Source: Candidatus Omnitrophota bacterium
GTDB taxonomy: Bacteria > Ratteibacteria > UBA8468 > MWAK01
Reading direction: 5' to 3'
Assembly: GCA_043797665.1 (NCBI GenBank)
Contig: JAZDPL010000029.1
Coordinates: 1 to 40,712 of the forward strand
DNA: 40,712 nucleotides
Positions 26,669 through 34,360 of the stretch are shown piece by piece (positions within the stretch are counted from its first letter, which is position 1; each line of letters starts with the position of its first letter). The notes beneath the pieces were generated by a model, which ran no database searches, was not told where the DNA came from, and was given only the letters and a program-made list of their open reading frames with translations. A program made the translations under genes and the position numbers.

Positions 26669-28069
26669 CTACTTTGCCAACATTTTTGTTAATTCTGGTT
26701 GAAAATCACAGAGTGCCAAAATACTGTTTTCACCCAAGCCACAACACGAACATTCTGGATTTTTTGTAGGAGCGAATTTGCGAATGTCGTTTTTTATCCC
26801 GTCATAATAAATCCACTTTTCTATCGGTTTTATTCCTGCAATCCAACACGCGATTTCCCAACTCGCAATTCCTGCTGCAATTGTATTCAATGGGATGACT
26901 TGCGGAGTAGGAGAAAGTGAAGTGTGGGCAATATATCCGGCCTTTTTTCTCATCTCTTTAAGATGCTCATCCATTAATTCTTGTTGTATCTCGTCCTGGT
27001 TGAGACCTCCACAACACTCAAAGCATGGATAACCTTCTTCTCTGGGTAGAAAAGTTTGTATCTGACAGCCTGCTGCCGCTATTTTTTCACCTTTTTCATC
27101 CATATAAATTCCTGTTGCTACATTTACCAATGGTTTTGCATACTGCGCACATATTCTATTTACTGAAACTCTGGTCCTGTCGTTATCAACCGCTAGCAGA
27201 ACTATATCTGCTCGTTTGACAGCATCAGAGATTTTTCTATCTTCATCTCTGAACTCTTTGTAGTGGGTTTTAACCCTTGCTTTTCTGTTGAATCTTTTTA
27301 TTGCCTGCGCAATAAATCCAACTTTCCTGTTCCCAATAGCTTTTTCTGGGTCATCTACAAAATAAAGCCTGTTGCAATTGCTCTTTTCAATTACATCATT
27401 GTCAACAATCTCAATTATAGAGAAGCCTATTCTGATAAGCTGATAAAGCAGGGCACTTCCCAGACCGCCGGCTCCTATCACCAGGACTTTTGCTCTTGTA
27501 ATTTTTTCCATGCCTTTCTCCGAGAAAGCAAGTGTGTTTTTTTCAAAAACCCCGCTTAAATTGGGTTCTACCTTTTTTTCCTTCCCAACCGAATAAATAC
27601 CATTCTTGCCAACTACTTCCATTTCTTTAAAATAATGAAAACTGCCGAAACCAAACGGAAATCTCGGTTTGTAGAGTCTTGCTGCAAAATCTCTCGAACT
27701 GGTGAAGACAATCTGGACTATTTGGGGTTTTTCAATAAATTTTCTGGTATTTTTGTAGAGTTTTTCTGCACCCTTATCATCAATACCTGAAAACCATGCC
27801 CTGTCAGTAAATTTGTGCCAATGCGCTTGTACTACAAGAGGTGTCCTTTCTTTGATTAAAAGATTATACAGTTTACAATCAAAGTTAATGTCTGTTTTTA
27901 CATAAGCCTCATTTCTTAACATTTCCTTCTGTTCCGGTTTCAACACAAACTTTATAATTCCCTTTCGATCGGAAAAATAACCCAGGCAGTAACATATTTC
28001 CTCTTTGCCATCTGGAATGGTTTGCTGTATCCTCTGAAGTTGCGAACCAGAAAGAGATAATTTAAACAT
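26669..28069 (-). CDS. JAB metallopeptidase - ThiF/E1 adenylating enzyme fusion
   Basis: N-terminal E...HWH-x8-SGID (JAMM). C-terminal GAGGLG, DND..EKSNCNR, VDN, CFEC and CSCC Zn pairs. Start MFKL at 28069 behind AAAGGAG. Confidence 0.88.
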   Translation of the reverse strand: MFKLSLSGSQLQRIQQTIPDGKEEICYCLGYFSDRKGIIKFVLKPEQKEMLRNEAYVKTDINFDCKLYNLLIKERTPLVVQAHWHKFTDRAWFSGIDDKGAEKLYKNTRKFIEKPQIVQIVFTSSRDFAARLYKPRFPFGFGSFHYFKEMEVVGKNGIYSVGKEKKVEPNLSGVFEKNTLAFSEKGMEKITRAKVLVIGAGGLGSALLYQLIRIGFSIIEIVDNDVIEKSNCNRLYFVDDPEKAIGNRKVGFIAQAIKRFNRKARVKTHYKEFRDEDRKISDAVKRADIVLLAVDNDRTRVSVNRICAQYAKPLVNVATGIYMDEKGEKIAAAGCQIQTFLPREEGYPCFECCGGLNQDEIQQELMDEHLKEMRKKAGYIAHTSLSPTPQVIPLNTIAAGIASWEIACWIAGIKPIEKWIYYDGIKNDIRKFAPTKNPECSCCGLGENSILALCDFQPELTKMLAK

Positions 28070-28070
28070 C

Positions 28071-28490
28071 TCAGACTCCTTTCTTGTATAAAAAGGGATT
28101 TGTAAAATAGACCCGTAATGTATTAAGAAAATCAAGCAGACTTACAAAATGTCTTCCGGGATGAAAACAAATCCACATATAATTTTCTGTATTGCTGAAG
28201 AGATTACTGTGTTTCCCTATGGATGCGTCATGCCAGTTTTCCAATTGTTTAAAACTTCCCTTAATTATTATTCTCAGATTACTTGGCGTATAGACCTCTG
28301 TTACGCTTGTAGTATCATATTGCTCCGGAATTATTATTACTATCGGGCACATCCTCAGATTGTATTGTGGTGGTAAGGAATAGTTTCGTATTCTTACCCA
28401 TGTTCCATCACTCGGGAAATCAACATTATCTGCTCCATATCTTGCCTGGAGTATTTTCATCTCTAAGGCAAGCCGTTTTAGATTTCTCAT
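28071..28490 (-). CDS. Prokaryotic E2-like (UBC-fold) protein
   Basis: WV.I.NY.LP..YN......I.IP..Y pattern of Prok-E2 (family E-like), W-I-C-F-H motif, SLLDFL helix; lies between the Ubl and E1 genes. Confidence 0.75.
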   Translation of the reverse strand: MRNLKRLALEMKILQARYGADNVDFPSDGTWVRIRNYSLPPQYNLRMCPIVIIIPEQYDTTSVTEVYTPSNLRIIIKGSFKQLENWHDASIGKHSNLFSNTENYMWICFHPGRHFVSLLDFLNTLRVYFTNPFLYKKGV

Positions 28491-28503
28491 GGTTCCCTTT
28501 CTG

Positions 28504-28529
28504 GAGAAGGGGGCGTGTGCCCCCTTCTC
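28504..28529. promoter_or_regulatory. Perfect 11-bp GC-rich hairpin between the Ubl and E2 genes
   Basis: GAGAAGGGGGC-GTGT-GCCCCCTTCTC. Confidence 0.7.
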
Positions 28530-28531
28530 GA

Positions 28532-28741
28532 TCAACCTTCATCCAGGTGGAAAAAACTGTCGAGTTCGGTTCCGTCTGCAATTTGGTATCTTTGATCAGG
28601 AGAGACAGGAACCATCTGTCCTTCTGGCGTTCTAAGACAGAGGTGTGTATCTTTAGGTGGGTTTACCATCGCCCTGAGATCCATACCATCTAATACCTCA
28701 GGAACCACGAACTCGCGTCCTTGGTACCTTATCCGCGCCAC
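28532..28741 (-). CDS. Ubiquitin-like (beta-grasp) protein with free C-terminal Gly
   Basis: About 70 aa, strand-strand-helix-strand pattern, ends ...FHLDEG-stop, first of Ubl-E2-E1. GTG start at 28741 behind GAGGAGGTG (alternative 28750). Confidence 0.72.
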   Translation of the reverse strand: MARIRYQGREFVVPEVLDGMDLRAMVNPPKDTHLCLRTPEGQMVPVSPDQRYQIADGTELDSFFHLDEG

Positions 28742-28754
28742 GTTTATCACCTCC

Positions 28755-29003
28755 TCAGATTCTTCCCTTCGGATTTAAACCATAATCTTCAAGGGTTTCT
28801 TTGTTTGTTCGGTCACTATGTCCTCTTGTCTGTTGCCCTGGTTCAAGATGTACTCTTGGAGTTCTTCTTTCCCTCTCTGTGTCTCTGCTTTCATCATCTA
28901 TGCTGTTTCTTTTCTGGCTTTCAGTTATGTGGGAATTCCCCCTTAATATTTTTGGAACCATGAAAATACTGAAGATTAAGCCGAACAGAGTGAAAGGGTC
29001 CAT
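28755..29003 (-). CDS. Small single-pass membrane protein with charged, probably disordered tail
   Basis: AGGAGG RBS; N-terminal FTLFGLIFSIFMVPKIL. Confidence 0.75.
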   Translation of the reverse strand: MDPFTLFGLIFSIFMVPKILRGNSHITESQKRNSIDDESRDTERERRTPRVHLEPGQQTRGHSDRTNKETLEDYGLNPKGRI

Positions 29004-29044
29004 TATGGCCTCCTAATGTTTTTTACCCCCTTTATTTAGAGCTT

Positions 29045-29302
29045 TCATCTAATTTTTTTAAAGCCAACAGACATAACAAATTTTTTGCCCAGAGGTCTCT
29101 TTGCCGAGAACAGCATCGTGGGCCTCATAATTTTCGTACAGGACAGAGACTTATACTTCTTAAATTTGAGGGAACTCTGTTTTACATAGGGCATTGGTTT
29201 CCTCTGTCCTAACGATGCCCAAAATGGACTATCTTTTATCTGAGGCAACGATTTAACTGGCAAAGGTTTCTGCATCAAGAAAATGTCATTCCATGAAAGC
29301 AT
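29045..29302 (-). CDS. Highly basic 85-aa hypothetical protein
   Basis: AAGGAGGTG RBS before ATG at 29302; 15 Lys, 2 Asp, no Glu. Confidence 0.6.
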   Translation of the reverse strand: MLSWNDIFLMQKPLPVKSLPQIKDSPFWASLGQRKPMPYVKQSSLKFKKYKSLSCTKIMRPTMLFSAKRPLGKKFVMSVGFKKIR

Positions 29303-29317
29303 TTCGATCACCTCCTT

Positions 29318-29401
29318 TTAACCGTACTTTAGTTCGTGTTTCAATATCTTCGGAACCATGAAAATGCTGAGAAGTAAGCTGAACAGTTCAAAAAAGCCCA
29401 T
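29318..29401 (-). CDS. 27-aa membrane micropeptide MGFFELFSLLLSIFMVPKILKHELKYG (not in ORF track)
   Basis: Manual translation. Overlaps the ATPase stop, has an AGGGG RBS-like sequence, and shares SIFMVPKIL with 28755-29003. Confidence 0.65.
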   Translation of the reverse strand: MGFFELFSLLLSIFMVPKILKHELKYG

Positions 29402-31415
29402 GGTCGCCCCTGATTAATTCTTCAATATTTCCTGCTTTCAGTAATTCGTGGACAAGACAGATGTGTATTTTTTCACTTTTTAGGTTATTCAATTTTTCCA
29501 TCACTGTTTTATCTTTGCAGGCAATTATCACTCCAATGCAGCCAGCAGCGAGGTCCTTGTCGACGTTAATTATTTCGTGGTCAGGGCACATGGCAATCGA
29601 AATGGCAATAATTCCTTTGTCTGTTTCAATGCCAAGGTCAAGAAATTTTCCATTAAGATTTTTTTCTATCTCGATTTTGTAACCCTTTCCCTTGAGGTGT
29701 TCTGAAATTTTGACTTGCCAGTATTCATGTTGAAAACCAGTTCCTCTACCAATATGCGGTTTGGGTTGCATACCTATTGCTGCATAGCCTTTTTCAGTCA
29801 GCACCGGGAACTTGGTCAAGCCACCTCTGCCGCCAAGATTAATCTCTTCTTCAATACACAGGCCTTTGCTTACAAGCGATTTGAAAATTGCTGTGCCATT
29901 TCCTGCTGACAGTCCCACATTCTTATAGTGTTGGGTTTTAAAATCATACGGACGAAAGTAGATATCCACGAGGATGTCTTTTTCTTTGGATCTTGCTCCG
30001 GTAGTGTCCTTTTTGACTTCTTCTTTTTTCCCCGGCAGAGGGATAGGTATGAAATTGGCATGCTGTTCCTTACGTTCTTGCGGTATGCCAAGTTCAGATG
30101 CGAAATTCTGCATATGCCTGGTCAATTCGTTAGCACTTACATTTTTTTCAATGGGAAAATCAGGAAAAACAACAAGAAAAGGATTTGGGTAGCGTGCAAA
30201 TCTCCCTATTGCCTGGCCTGGCTGCAACTGCCAGACAGTTTCTTTCTGTTCCGGCGTTAATCCTAGAGACTGCGAGAAGGATCGTATATTTTCTCCTTCC
30301 GAGAGGCTCATCATGATTCTCGTGTAGCAGTTTTTTACGCTATTGCAAAGAGATTCAGGTAGTTGGCAAGAAGATATGATTCCAATGCGAAATTCTCGGG
30401 CTTCCCTTGCCAATTGCGAAATTGTCAGGTCACCTCGCTGTCTTTCTATCTCGCGATTGAAGATTTCATTGGCTTCGTCGATGATGACAAGAATTGGAAA
30501 CGGTTCATTTCTGTTTAGAATTCCGGTTTGAAAAACATGGGCAAGCACCAGGGGGGTGAAATAGCTTCTTGCTCCTGTTCCCAAGCCATCCAATTCCAAA
30601 ACAACATTGTATTTTTTAAGCAATTTTTCAATGTTATAACCATGACTGCAATTCAGAGTGTTATATGCCCTTATTACCAGGGGGTTAATTCTGTTCAAAG
30701 ATGTTTCCTTAAATCTTGCGTCTCTTTTTATCAAGGGTTGCCTGTCTTCCTCTATTTTCTTTTTTAATTGAATCAAAGTTGGTGGAAATGGCTTTGTTTC
30801 TTCATAAAGATCATAAGTAAGTTTTGCTATGTAATTATCCGTACCTTGATAAAAGCCATACGCCTCAGCTGTTATGTTGGAAACAATCGGAATCCAGTCT
30901 TCAGGTGGCCCGGGAAAATCATATGGATTCCACCTCAGTAAATAGGGGGCGTCTTCTTTACAGCACCTAAACACCATAGTGTCTGGCAAAATCCTGATGA
31001 GGTGCCGGTAATCCTGTTTTAAATCAAAAATCAGACAATGTATGCCGAGTTTGTTGACTGCTGTTATTAACCTGTAGCAAAAAGTGGTCTTTCCTGCTCC
31101 CGGTCTTCCTGCTATTACACTTCCTTGATTTAATTCGTCTGGGTATAAGCCAAAAATGGCTGAAGTTTCGTTACATATGCCCAACCGAATTGGACCATCA
31201 ATTTCATTGGTTGGATAAGGTCTAAACGGATCTGGTTTTAGCGCATCTCTTACAAGGTAGGGGTTTATAAATTTAAATAACCGACTGTATTTTTCTGGTG
31301 TAGGGTCTGCGGTATAAGAACGCAATAGAGCCGCCACCGCTGGGATATTCTGGAGACCCAGTTTCTTTACAATGACAGCAGGTTCCAAAGGACTCGGTAT
31401 TTTTACCTGTTCCAT
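29388..31415 (-). CDS. HerA/FtsK/VirB4-superfamily (DUF87-like) ATPase with C-terminal winged-helix and restriction-endonuclease-like domains
   Basis: IAGRPGAGKT, IFDLKQDY, WNP, IIDEA, REAREFRIG...Q.P; tail SLVSKGL...GRGG...LTEKG and HEYW...IEK...LDL...AISI. Confidence 0.8.
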   Translation of the reverse strand: MEQVKIPSPLEPAVIVKKLGLQNIPAVAALLRSYTADPTPEKYSRLFKFINPYLVRDALKPDPFRPYPTNEIDGPIRLGICNETSAIFGLYPDELNQGSVIAGRPGAGKTTFCYRLITAVNKLGIHCLIFDLKQDYRHLIRILPDTMVFRCCKEDAPYLLRWNPYDFPGPPEDWIPIVSNITAEAYGFYQGTDNYIAKLTYDLYEETKPFPPTLIQLKKKIEEDRQPLIKRDARFKETSLNRINPLVIRAYNTLNCSHGYNIEKLLKKYNVVLELDGLGTGARSYFTPLVLAHVFQTGILNRNEPFPILVIIDEANEIFNREIERQRGDLTISQLAREAREFRIGIISSCQLPESLCNSVKNCYTRIMMSLSEGENIRSFSQSLGLTPEQKETVWQLQPGQAIGRFARYPNPFLVVFPDFPIEKNVSANELTRHMQNFASELGIPQERKEQHANFIPIPLPGKKEEVKKDTTGARSKEKDILVDIYFRPYDFKTQHYKNVGLSAGNGTAIFKSLVSKGLCIEEEINLGGRGGLTKFPVLTEKGYAAIGMQPKPHIGRGTGFQHEYWQVKISEHLKGKGYKIEIEKNLNGKFLDLGIETDKGIIAISIAMCPDHEIINVDKDLAAGCIGVIIACKDKTVMEKLNNLKSEKIHICLVHELLKAGNIEELIRGDHGLF

Positions 31416-31903
31416 GGCCTTATCCTTTCAGGAGGATTTTTCATAATAAACACGGGTTTCTCGTCGCGATGAACTGTGATATATTTTTTCTGGAGAAACG
31501 GCAAAAAAGTCACCGTTTTCCAGCAGTGCAGGCAGAAGAACTCAGTCCCTTTTTGTCTAACGTGTTGCCGGCAATGGAATAGACCGCATCTCTTGCAAGA
31601 AAAGTAATTCAAACCAGAAAAAATGTGTTTGCACTTTCGATTTTGACATCTTACTGCAACGACCGTCCCGTCTTGATTGATAATCAATCCGTCATGAAAT
31701 TCCTTGAATTTCGTAACCCCCTCGGTTTTAATCGAGCCCTCTGGTGTGAGAACAGAAGATTTTTCCTCGAAAGAAAGGATTGATTCATCTGGAGGGATGA
31801 TTTTGGTCTCCTTCCGTTCACTTTCCAGGTTTGAACCTCTCGCATTCAGAATTCTAAGGATGTCGTCCATCGGATCATTAGGTTGTGCAGGGTGTTGTGC
31901 CAT
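31403..31903 (-). CDS. Binuclear Zn-finger protein (AN1/B-box-like)
   Basis: C-x4-C-x11-C-x2-C-x4-C-x2-H-x9-C-x2-C; GGAGG RBS. Confidence 0.75.
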   Translation of the reverse strand: MAQHPAQPNDPMDDILRILNARGSNLESERKETKIIPPDESILSFEEKSSVLTPEGSIKTEGVTKFKEFHDGLIINQDGTVVAVRCQNRKCKHIFSGLNYFSCKRCGLFHCRQHVRQKGTEFFCLHCWKTVTFLPFLQKKYITVHRDEKPVFIMKNPPERIRPWNR

Positions 31904-31919
31904 TTTCTACCTCCGTTGG

Positions 31920-32240
31920 CTATACTGTCTGCATTTTTGAAAGCAGAGGTTTTTGTTCATTCACTTTCTTTTTTTCACCATACTTCAAAATAGCCTCAAC
32001 GAGCAAAAAGCAATACCAACAAAGGAAAAAGACGATTTTTTCTTTCTCATCAAGTGTGTAAGTTAAAGTAATAAAATCTATCGGTGGCAAGTGCTCCATT
32101 TTATTAAAGGAGTTGAGAGTTATAATTTTCTCTCCCTGTTTCCTGTGGCAGAGATAGCAAGAAGGTCCCGCTTTTTCATTTGCAAAATCTTCTTCTGGCG
32201 TCCCAGTCATATAGATTTTTTTGACTGTTTTCTTTTCCAT
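31920..32240 (-). CDS. C4 Zn-finger protein (ClpX-like treble clef), paralog 2
   Basis: CYLC...LCWYC followed by a helix; AAGGAG RBS before MEKK. Confidence 0.7.
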   Translation of the reverse strand: MEKKTVKKIYMTGTPEEDFANEKAGPSCYLCHRKQGEKIITLNSFNKMEHLPPIDFITLTYTLDEKEKIVFFLCWYCFLLVEAILKYGEKKKVNEQKPLLSKMQTV

Positions 32241-32271
32241 CTTCAACTCCTTTTTCAGTTTTTTTGGCTTC

Positions 32272-32592
32272 TTAGTTTGTTCTACCGACGGCAATATGCT
32301 CAGGGATAATCTCGTTGTCTTTTCCCACAACCATTTGGAGAATACCTTTTATTAGTAACCCGCACTCCTGGCAGATTATAAAGTTAAAACCATATTCTCC
32401 ATTTTGGACACTAAATCTGCTAAGCAATATGGGCGCCTTTCCGTGATAGCCTTTGGGAGTAAGAAAAAAACTTTCCTCTGAGCTGGTCCTTTTGCACAAA
32501 AAACAACACGGCTCGAAATCATCGTCCTGTACATCCTTTTGTGCAACTTTACCGGTCAGCAAAACTTCTTTTTCCTTATTCTCAGTTTTCAT
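32272..32592 (-). CDS. C4 Zn-finger protein (ClpX-like treble clef), paralog 1
   Basis: CFLC...ICQEC followed by a helix; AGGGAGGTG RBS before MKTE. Confidence 0.7.
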   Translation of the reverse strand: MKTENKEKEVLLTGKVAQKDVQDDDFEPCCFLCKRTSSEESFFLTPKGYHGKAPILLSRFSVQNGEYGFNFIICQECGLLIKGILQMVVGKDNEIIPEHIAVGRTN

Positions 32593-32649
32593 TTTTCTCA
32601 CCTCCCTTTTCCGGTTTTTGTAGATTACTCTCGTCTTCGATGGCATATT

Positions 32650-32711
32650 ACCATACTGCATAGTGTGGTGGTCTTAAGCGCCACTTAAATCCTGCTTAAA
32701 AACCAGTTAAA
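32650..32711 (-). promoter_or_regulatory. Putative activator-dependent promoter with four 11-bp-phased TTAA boxes
   Basis: CTTAAG, CTTAAA, CTTAAA and GTTAAA at 32673, 32684, 32695 and 32706; -10-like TATGGT at 32655-32650. Confidence 0.55.
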
Positions 32712-32746
32712 TTTATAAAGATCGCTGCCTATGCAGTAAAATTAAA

Positions 32747-33379
32747 ATGGTTTTTGTAGTAAAGAACGGAGAAGATGAATGGAAAGGGTATTTAATAGAT
32801 GGCTATCTCCCAAGTTTAAAGAATTTAAGAAGTATTTACAGGGAAGCATATGATCTCAAACCCATTCAGCTAACGCCAAATATGAAGAAATTGACAAGGG
32901 ATAATCTATTTACATCTTCTATGTTTAATATTATGATGGAGTATTGTAAAAAAGTTTCCCGGGAAAATCCAGAACTTTTAATAGAAGAACATGGCAGGTT
33001 ACAACATAAAAACTATTGCGACTCTTATTTATTGAAATTCCACAAAAATAGACCGATTGAAGTAAATAAGAAGCCTGAAATAATTAAAGATGCTTGTCTG
33101 CATTTACAAAAGGAATCCGATCTCGATAACAATAAAAAAGATTACCGCCAGATTCTGCTTTTTTCCCACTATTGCCCTAATTCAGAAAACTGTATAAATA
33201 ATGCTATTAAAAAAACAGGCTTCCGAATTAAACAACCAGAACAATATACGGATATTAGGAAATTTGAAAATGCTTGCGGCTGGTTATTAAAAGAGGAAGG
33301 TTTTAGTGTATTTATTTATCCTTGTAACGTTCTTGAAGAAAGATTAAAGGGACTAAATTTTGAATGTACAAGACCTTAA
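32747..33379 (+). CDS. Hypothetical protein
   Basis: 210-aa ORF in AT-rich DNA; no motif recognised. Confidence 0.65.
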   Translation: MVFVVKNGEDEWKGYLIDGYLPSLKNLRSIYREAYDLKPIQLTPNMKKLTRDNLFTSSMFNIMMEYCKKVSRENPELLIEEHGRLQHKNYCDSYLLKFHKNRPIEVNKKPEIIKDACLHLQKESDLDNNKKDYRQILLFSHYCPNSENCINNAIKKTGFRIKQPEQYTDIRKFENACGWLLKEEGFSVFIYPCNVLEERLKGLNFECTRP

Positions 33380-34338
33380 TCTTTGGGTATTATTAAACAA
33401 TATTTAAATTTATGTCCTTCGAAGTTTTCCTTTCTGATATAATAAACATCTAAATCTCTAATTGTTTCTTTAATCCCCCGGGCAGGCGTCTTTTCCATGT
33501 CTATTATTCCGCGCGTCCCGTGTTCTACAAACAAGTCAATCACTCCTTCTGTTAATTTAGAAACTCTATGCCTTGTTTGATGTATTAAATTTGAATTTGT
33601 TCCATCATCATTCCAAACTTCTTTACCTATATTCATGAATGTACAGGAACCACCAACATTTTTTAATACCAGAACCAAGAAATTCATAGGAATATCCTTT
33701 TCTGTGATTTTTTTGGGGACTCCTTTTGCGAAAAGTTGACAATTTTCGATGTCGAGGAATATATCAAACTGTTCCTCTTTCTCTTTTAAAGATAAATTTC
33801 GTAACTTTGTAACTTCTTCCTTTGTGATATCCTTGGGGTTTTCGTTATTAACATGTGAGTAAAATAAATAATCATATTTTTCTGTTTGTTCTGGTTTTAT
33901 GCTGGGTTCAAGAATTAATTTTTCTGGTTGGGTTTCTTTTGCTGTCATTATTTCTGTAATGTGTTTTGTACGAAGAAGTTCCAATACATGCTTTTGGTTT
34001 TCAGTAACACTCTTCAGTATCTCGTTTTGAAGCGTGATATCTGCCTGCATTTGAGTGCACGTCTTCTGGAGAAGACCGATCAAATCAGGATTTTTCTGAG
34101 AAACATCGATTTCCTTAAAACCCTTGGCAAATATCACTATCGCCTTCCATGCTTGTTCGCTGGTTTCTCCAATAAATTGCATTGGAAATTCCTCTTTGAT
34201 TCTAGATGGAGAAGAAGCAGCGCTTGAATCGATTGTTGTGAGATTGGCATTGACAAAGTCCCATGCCACGTTGAAAAAGTCATCTGTCACGTCAAAATGA
34301 CTTAGGACAAACTGTTTTACTATTCCTTTTAAATCCAT
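33376..34338 (-). CDS. Putative transcriptional regulator with C-terminal OmpR/PhoB-like winged helix
   Basis: IFLD......G..K.IT.....FL..VLKN.G.....I..EVW.......IHQ...RV pattern. No receiver domain recognised. Start taken at MDLK. Confidence 0.6.
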   Translation of the reverse strand: MDLKGIVKQFVLSHFDVTDDFFNVAWDFVNANLTTIDSSAASSPSRIKEEFPMQFIGETSEQAWKAIVIFAKGFKEIDVSQKNPDLIGLLQKTCTQMQADITLQNEILKSVTENQKHVLELLRTKHITEIMTAKETQPEKLILEPSIKPEQTEKYDYLFYSHVNNENPKDITKEEVTKLRNLSLKEKEEQFDIFLDIENCQLFAKGVPKKITEKDIPMNFLVLVLKNVGGSCTFMNIGKEVWNDDGTNSNLIHQTRHRVSKLTEGVIDLFVEHGTRGIIDMEKTPARGIKETIRDLDVYYIRKENFEGHKFKYCLIIPKD

Positions 34339-34360
34339 GACAATTAAAGAACTTTTGTGT

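Noticed and set aside
26669..28490. CBASS Cap2/Cap3
   Set aside because: No CD-NTase or cyclic-nucleotide effector is nearby; the architecture is JAB-E1 with a separate E2 rather than E2-E1.
26669..28741. Thiamine/molybdopterin sulfur-carrier pathway (ThiS/ThiF, MoaD/MoeB)
   Set aside because: An E2-like gene and JAB fusion are present, there are no thi/moa/cys genes or rhodanese domain, and the location is a mobile element.
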